This document shows positions 59,787 to 64,000 of a stretch of DNA of 64,000 bases, piece by piece. Below the pieces are notes generated by a model. That model did not search any database. It worked only from the letters and a program-made list of their open reading frames with translations, and was not told the origin of the DNA. The position numbers and the translations under genes are program-made. Each line of letters begins with the position of its first letter. The stretch's first letter is position 1. The stretch lies in sequence record PP408249.1. The stretch is one strand, 5' to 3'.

Positions 59787-61058
59787 ATGGAATACATCGA
59801 AAAGGAAGTAACAGTTAGTGAACTGAAGTCTCTCTACAGTAGTAATGAATACGAAATTGAGTTAGACACACCAGATGGCTGGCAAAAACTGGGATCTTGG
59901 TTCGATAAAGGCCCTCTTAGTATGGTGACGGTAGAAACGCAGGATGGGTTAGTTACTAGATGTGCAGTAAACCATATGATCGAAGTGGTAGACGGATCGG
60001 AAACTTTTTGGACACTTGCAAAAGACTTGTACGAAGGCCAACAAGTGCTTACTGTAAACGGTGTCTCAACAATTAGTTCTGTAACTGAAAGTGGCATCGA
60101 AGAATGTTTCGATTTCGAAATACTCCACGAAAATCATCGTTACTATGGTGATGGATTCTCTTCTCACAATAGTGGCAAATCGTATATAGTATCAGGAAAC
60201 ATTGTAAAAGATGCACAAGAAAAGGGAATTTTTGTTGTATTACTTGATTCAGAAAATGCACTCGACGAATCTTGGCTACATGCACTAGGTGTAGACACTG
60301 GACCGGAAAAAATGTTACGCATCTCTGTATCGATGATAGATGATGTAGCAAAAATTATTAGTGATTTTGTTAAAGATTACAAGACTAATTATGCCGAACT
60401 ACCTAACAATGATCGACCAAAGGTGCTTTTTGTTATTGACTCGCTCGGAATGTTATTGACACCAACGGAAACTGCACAATTTCAAAATGGTGATATGAAA
60501 GGAGATATGGGCAGGAAAGCAAAACAATTAAAAGCATTGATTTCTAACTGTACAAATATGTTCGGCAACTTAGACATAGGCCTTGTTTGTACTAACCATA
60601 CATATGCATCTCAAGATTTATTTCAGCCTGACGCTGTAATTTCGGGTGGCAGCGGCGCAGTCTATGCCGCGTCAATTGTAGTGGCAATGCAAAAGTTAAA
60701 GTTAAAAGAAGACGAAGCAGGTAATAAAATTTCTGAAGTAGCTGGTATTCGTGCAGTATGCAAAGTTGTAAAATCTCGATATGCAAAGCCGTTTGAGACA
60801 GTAAAAGTAAATATTCCATATGATACAGGTATGAGTCCGATATCGGGTCTATTTGACTTGTTTGAAAAAACAGGTAAACTTGTAAAACAAGGCAATAGAT
60901 ACAAGTACATAACCAAAGATGGTACCGAAATGCTGTATTATAGGAAAGAATGGAATGATTACGATAAACTAAAAGTAATTATGAATGAATTTACAGACGA
61001 AGACCTAGGCAATGTCGTAGAAGTGGAAGAGGGTCATTTAGAAGAGTTCGATGAATAA
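59787..61058 (+). CDS. uvsX: Split intein C-fragment (128 aa) + UvsX/RecA C-extein
   Basis: CAVNH block B, CFDFEI block F, SSHN end at 60170, +1 Ser; then SGKS, LDSENALD, IDSLG, DMG.KAK, SGG.G..YA. Confidence 0.93.
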   Translation: MEYIEKEVTVSELKSLYSSNEYEIELDTPDGWQKLGSWFDKGPLSMVTVETQDGLVTRCAVNHMIEVVDGSETFWTLAKDLYEGQQVLTVNGVSTISSVTESGIEECFDFEILHENHRYYGDGFSSHNSGKSYIVSGNIVKDAQEKGIFVVLLDSENALDESWLHALGVDTGPEKMLRISVSMIDDVAKIISDFVKDYKTNYAELPNNDRPKVLFVIDSLGMLLTPTETAQFQNGDMKGDMGRKAKQLKALISNCTNMFGNLDIGLVCTNHTYASQDLFQPDAVISGGSGAVYAASIVVAMQKLKLKEDEAGNKISEVAGIRAVCKVVKSRYAKPFETVKVNIPYDTGMSPISGLFDLFEKTGKLVKQGNRYKYITKDGTEMLYYRKEWNDYDKLKVIMNEFTDEDLGNVVEVEEGHLEEFDE

Positions 61059-62886
61059 ATTATGCGAAACAGATCGTATTAATATTATCAAATTACACTT
61101 CGATGATTTAAAATCTGTATCTGAATTAAAGAAAATATATGGAGTCTCTTATGATGTCATTAAAACCATCATAAGAGATGAAACGAATCGTCTGCCGTTG
61201 CAAGAAACTGATATAAAAATTTTGAAATTTAAAAAACTTGTTTCAAAGGAGTTGTTATTTGAATTACATGTAATTAAAAAACAATCATTTAATGAAATAA
61301 GAAAAACTTATAAGATTAATGAACTTCATTTAAAACAAGTGTTTAATGATTACGGAATACCAATTGAAAAGTGTTTATATACTGCTACTAACAAGAAGCG
61401 TAAAACAAAAAAGCCTGAAGATTTTACTAAAGACTTTTTCGAACACTTAGTATATAACGAAAGACGAACAATTAGTTGGATAAAAAATAATTATAACTTT
61501 AATTTTGAAGAACTAAAACATCATTTAACACATTTAAAAATCGATTATACTAATTCGTTGCCACCTGCTGTAAAACATCAACAAGATAAAATATCTAGAG
61601 AAACTCTAGCAGAAGAATTAAAAATTAAATCTATTGTTGATATAATAAATGAATACGGAATTTCTAGAACTTATGTAGAAAGCGTTATAAAAGAATACAA
61701 TATACAGTATTTTACAAAACCGAAACATTCTATATTAAGTGGTAAAGAATCAGAAATTTATCGGATGTATTATGATGAATGTATGACTACATACCAAATA
61801 GCAGAAAAATTGGGAGTATGTCAATACACCATATGGAAAATAATGGCAGATAACGGATGGAAAACACGAGAACCGATTAAAAAAATTGATTTGATTTGGA
61901 ATGATATAAAAGAAGAAGTTGTTAAATTAATAGACAACGGTTATACATTAGCTGCTTTATGTGAAAAATACGAAATAACATCTATTACTGAAAAGTTAAT
62001 AGAAGAAGGTATAAAATATACAAAGGGAAATATTTCTTCTGGTCATGCAGAAATATCTGAATATGTGCGTTCATTGGGATTTAATGTAATCGACAATGAT
62101 CGTACTATTATATTTCCGCGAGAAATTGATATTTTTATTCCCGAACTTAACATAGGAATAGAATACAACGGATTATATTTTCATAGCACACGAACAGAAG
62201 GAAATGTAACAAAGCATAGAGAAAAATATAGCATATGTAAACAAAAAGGTATTCGTTTAATACAAATTTTTGAAGATGAATTTATTCATAAGAAAGAACT
62301 AGTAAAGAGAAAATTAGCGCACATTTTAGGAAAATCTAATAATAAATGTTATGCAAGGAATTGTATAGTTAAAGAAATATCGGTAGCAGACAAACGAAAT
62401 TTCTTTAAAAAATATCACATACAAGAAGATTCTGCATCCTCGTATGCATATGGATTATATTATGATAATGAATTAGTTTGTGCTATGTCTTTTCTTAAAA
62501 AGAAGAAATGTACAGAACTAGTTAGATATGCATCTTCTATGCACGTGATCGGCGGATTTTCTAAGTTGTTGAAATATTGTATTAATAATAACAAAATAGA
62601 TGTTATAAACACATATGCTGATCTCAGATGGTCGAATCCGACAAATAATGTATATGTAAACAATGGGTTTGATATACTGTATGAGACTGATTTTAATTAC
62701 ACTTATGTGAGTAAAGAGGATTTTTCAAAAAGGCTTAATAGGCAAAAATTTATGAAACACAAGTTGAAAAACATTTTATCAGATTTCGATAAATCATTAA
62801 CAGAAGAAGAGAATATGAAAAATAATGGATTTTATCGAGTATACGATGCTGGCCATTTAAAATTGCAATATAAGGTTAATAAATGA
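61051..62886 (+). CDS. Putative homing endonuclease + Mom/GNAT-like domain, paralog 3
   Basis: Tandem HTH-like repeats, EIDIFIPE.NIGIEYNGLYFH, ELVRYAS...GGFSKL, TYADLRWS, VYDAG. Confidence 0.7.
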   Translation: MNKLCETDRINIIKLHFDDLKSVSELKKIYGVSYDVIKTIIRDETNRLPLQETDIKILKFKKLVSKELLFELHVIKKQSFNEIRKTYKINELHLKQVFNDYGIPIEKCLYTATNKKRKTKKPEDFTKDFFEHLVYNERRTISWIKNNYNFNFEELKHHLTHLKIDYTNSLPPAVKHQQDKISRETLAEELKIKSIVDIINEYGISRTYVESVIKEYNIQYFTKPKHSILSGKESEIYRMYYDECMTTYQIAEKLGVCQYTIWKIMADNGWKTREPIKKIDLIWNDIKEEVVKLIDNGYTLAALCEKYEITSITEKLIEEGIKYTKGNISSGHAEISEYVRSLGFNVIDNDRTIIFPREIDIFIPELNIGIEYNGLYFHSTRTEGNVTKHREKYSICKQKGIRLIQIFEDEFIHKKELVKRKLAHILGKSNNKCYARNCIVKEISVADKRNFFKKYHIQEDSASSYAYGLYYDNELVCAMSFLKKKKCTELVRYASSMHVIGGFSKLLKYCINNNKIDVINTYADLRWSNPTNNVYVNNGFDILYETDFNYTYVSKEDFSKRLNRQKFMKHKLKNILSDFDKSLTEEENMKNNGFYRVYDAGHLKLQYKVNK

Positions 62887-63083
62887 TTACAGATGTTGAA
62901 GCAATAAATGAAATTTGGGCTGCCGTGCGACCATATATTAAGTCATCTGAGCGCATTCATGCAGCGGACGCGTTTATAGAAGTTTTAGATGAATACGGAA
63001 TGCTTGATGTAGATATTCAAATGTTTGAAAAAGAACTTAAAATAGCAGCAAAAACACATTTAGGTGAAGCAGATGACGACTAA
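62883..63083 (+). CDS. Small hypothetical protein
   Basis: ATGA coupling. Confidence 0.6.
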   Translation: MITDVEAINEIWAAVRPYIKSSERIHAADAFIEVLDEYGMLDVDIQMFEKELKIAAKTHLGEADDD

Positions 63084-63399
63084 TTTAGAATTTAGTGACG
63101 AATTTCTATCAACTGTATCGTCGTTGAAAGCCAATATAACATCCAAAAATAAAGATGCTGTCATAGAACAATTAGACAAATTGTTAGATATGGTAACAAA
63201 AGATATGAATGCAGTTATATGGGTAATACAACCTGAAAATATTAATAACCTACATATACTATGTTCTGATTCATTTAATATTCCTATTAGTCAATTTAGA
63301 CTAAAACGAAGAATACCGTCAAAATCTCAACGAGCTCATTTATTTTTAAAAGTAATTAGGATTGCACTTGCTGGAAAAGAAAATGAACAATTGGTATAA
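63073..63399 (+). CDS. Hypothetical protein
   Basis: Coupled ORF; start 63073 or 63064. Confidence 0.55.
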   Translation: MTTNLEFSDEFLSTVSSLKANITSKNKDAVIEQLDKLLDMVTKDMNAVIWVIQPENINNLHILCSDSFNIPISQFRLKRRIPSKSQRAHLFLKVIRIALAGKENEQLV

Positions 63400-63847
63400 C
63401 ATTGTCTATGCAGATTTATCTAAGATACCTGATTTCATTTCTTTTTTTGAAAAAGAAATAGATATTTCTAAGTCTACAGAAATGTCTTTAAAGGGTAAAA
63501 CTTTAGAGAAACATTGCGCAGAGTTGCCGGGTATAGTGGAGAATAGATTTGCACAGCTTCAAGAAATTGAAGCTGTACTAGAATTACTTAATATTCAGTA
63601 TAAACAAGAAAAAAGCGACAGATTCAAATTTTATCTACAGCAGTTTCCTAAAGCACTTTCTTCTAGGGATGCAGAGAAATATGCAGAAGGAGATCCACTT
63701 GTAGTAAACAGGGCAATATTAGTTAATGAAGTTGCATTGCTAAGAAACAAATATCTTTCGCTAATGAAGGGTTTAGATTCTAAGAATTGGATGGTAGGCC
63801 ACATAGTTAAACTTCGTTGTGCAGGACTAGACGACGCACAAATTTAA
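63383..63847 (+). CDS. uvsY: UvsY-like recombination mediator
   Basis: LPG....RF.QLQEIEA.LE.L, R.AEKY..G; located between uvsX and uvsW. Confidence 0.75.
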   Translation: MNNWYNIVYADLSKIPDFISFFEKEIDISKSTEMSLKGKTLEKHCAELPGIVENRFAQLQEIEAVLELLNIQYKQEKSDRFKFYLQQFPKALSSRDAEKYAEGDPLVVNRAILVNEVALLRNKYLSLMKGLDSKNWMVGHIVKLRCAGLDDAQI

Positions 63848-63859
63848 ATAGGATTCGTA

Positions 63860-64000
63860 ATGGCAAAGGATTGCAAATTAGTAATAAAAGATGAAGTAAA
63901 TATTGCATTTACTGGACTTGATATAAACACTCGTAGAAAACTATCTGATTCGTTAAAATTCTTTTTACCTCATGCAAGACACCAACCTGCATACAAGTTA
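63860..64000 (+). CDS. uvsW: UvsW-like helicase, 5' part (truncated by window)
   Basis: MAKDCKLVIKDEVN...KFFLPHARHQPAYKL. Confidence 0.65.
   Translation, partial: MAKDCKLVIKDEVNIAFTGLDINTRRKLSDSLKFFLPHARHQPAYKL

Noticed and set aside
1-64000. Stop-codon reassignment
   Set aside because: Core genes are full-length under code 11 and TAA, TAG and TGA all end genes

Overview
AT-rich segment of a large T4-related (jumbo-type) myovirus genome, standard genetic code, Gram-negative host inferred from a spanin pair. It holds the head module (portal gp20, core, protease gp21, scaffold gp22, capsid gp23), neck and tail genes (gp13, gp14, gp15, sheath gp18, tube gp19, tape-measure-like, gp26-like), four tail-fibre genes, a lysis cassette, rIIA/rIIB, terminase, and gp32-uvsX-uvsY-uvsW. 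Late genes are mostly preceded by GATAAATA and early genes by sigma70-type promoters. No tRNA, rRNA or CRISPR array was seen. Most notable observations: (1) an unannotated 50-codon ArfA-like ORF with an intrinsic terminator placed before its stop codon, i.e. a predicted non-stop-mRNA ribosome-rescue circuit; (2) uvsX fractured by an atypically split intein (17-aa IntN, 128-aa IntC) around a free-standing Vsr-like endonuclease whose RBS is hairpin-occluded; (3) a clear -1 frameshift signal fusing the gp26-like gene to a start-less 73-codon ORF; (4) a ~270-nt promoter-driven, pseudoknot-rich ncRNA candidate; (5) three paralogous nuclease + Mom/GNAT-like fusion genes, each right behind an essential gene; (6) a T4 gene-32-like pseudoknot operator; (7) a phage-encoded M3 oligopeptidase. 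All homology calls are by eye from motifs; no database search or folding program was run.
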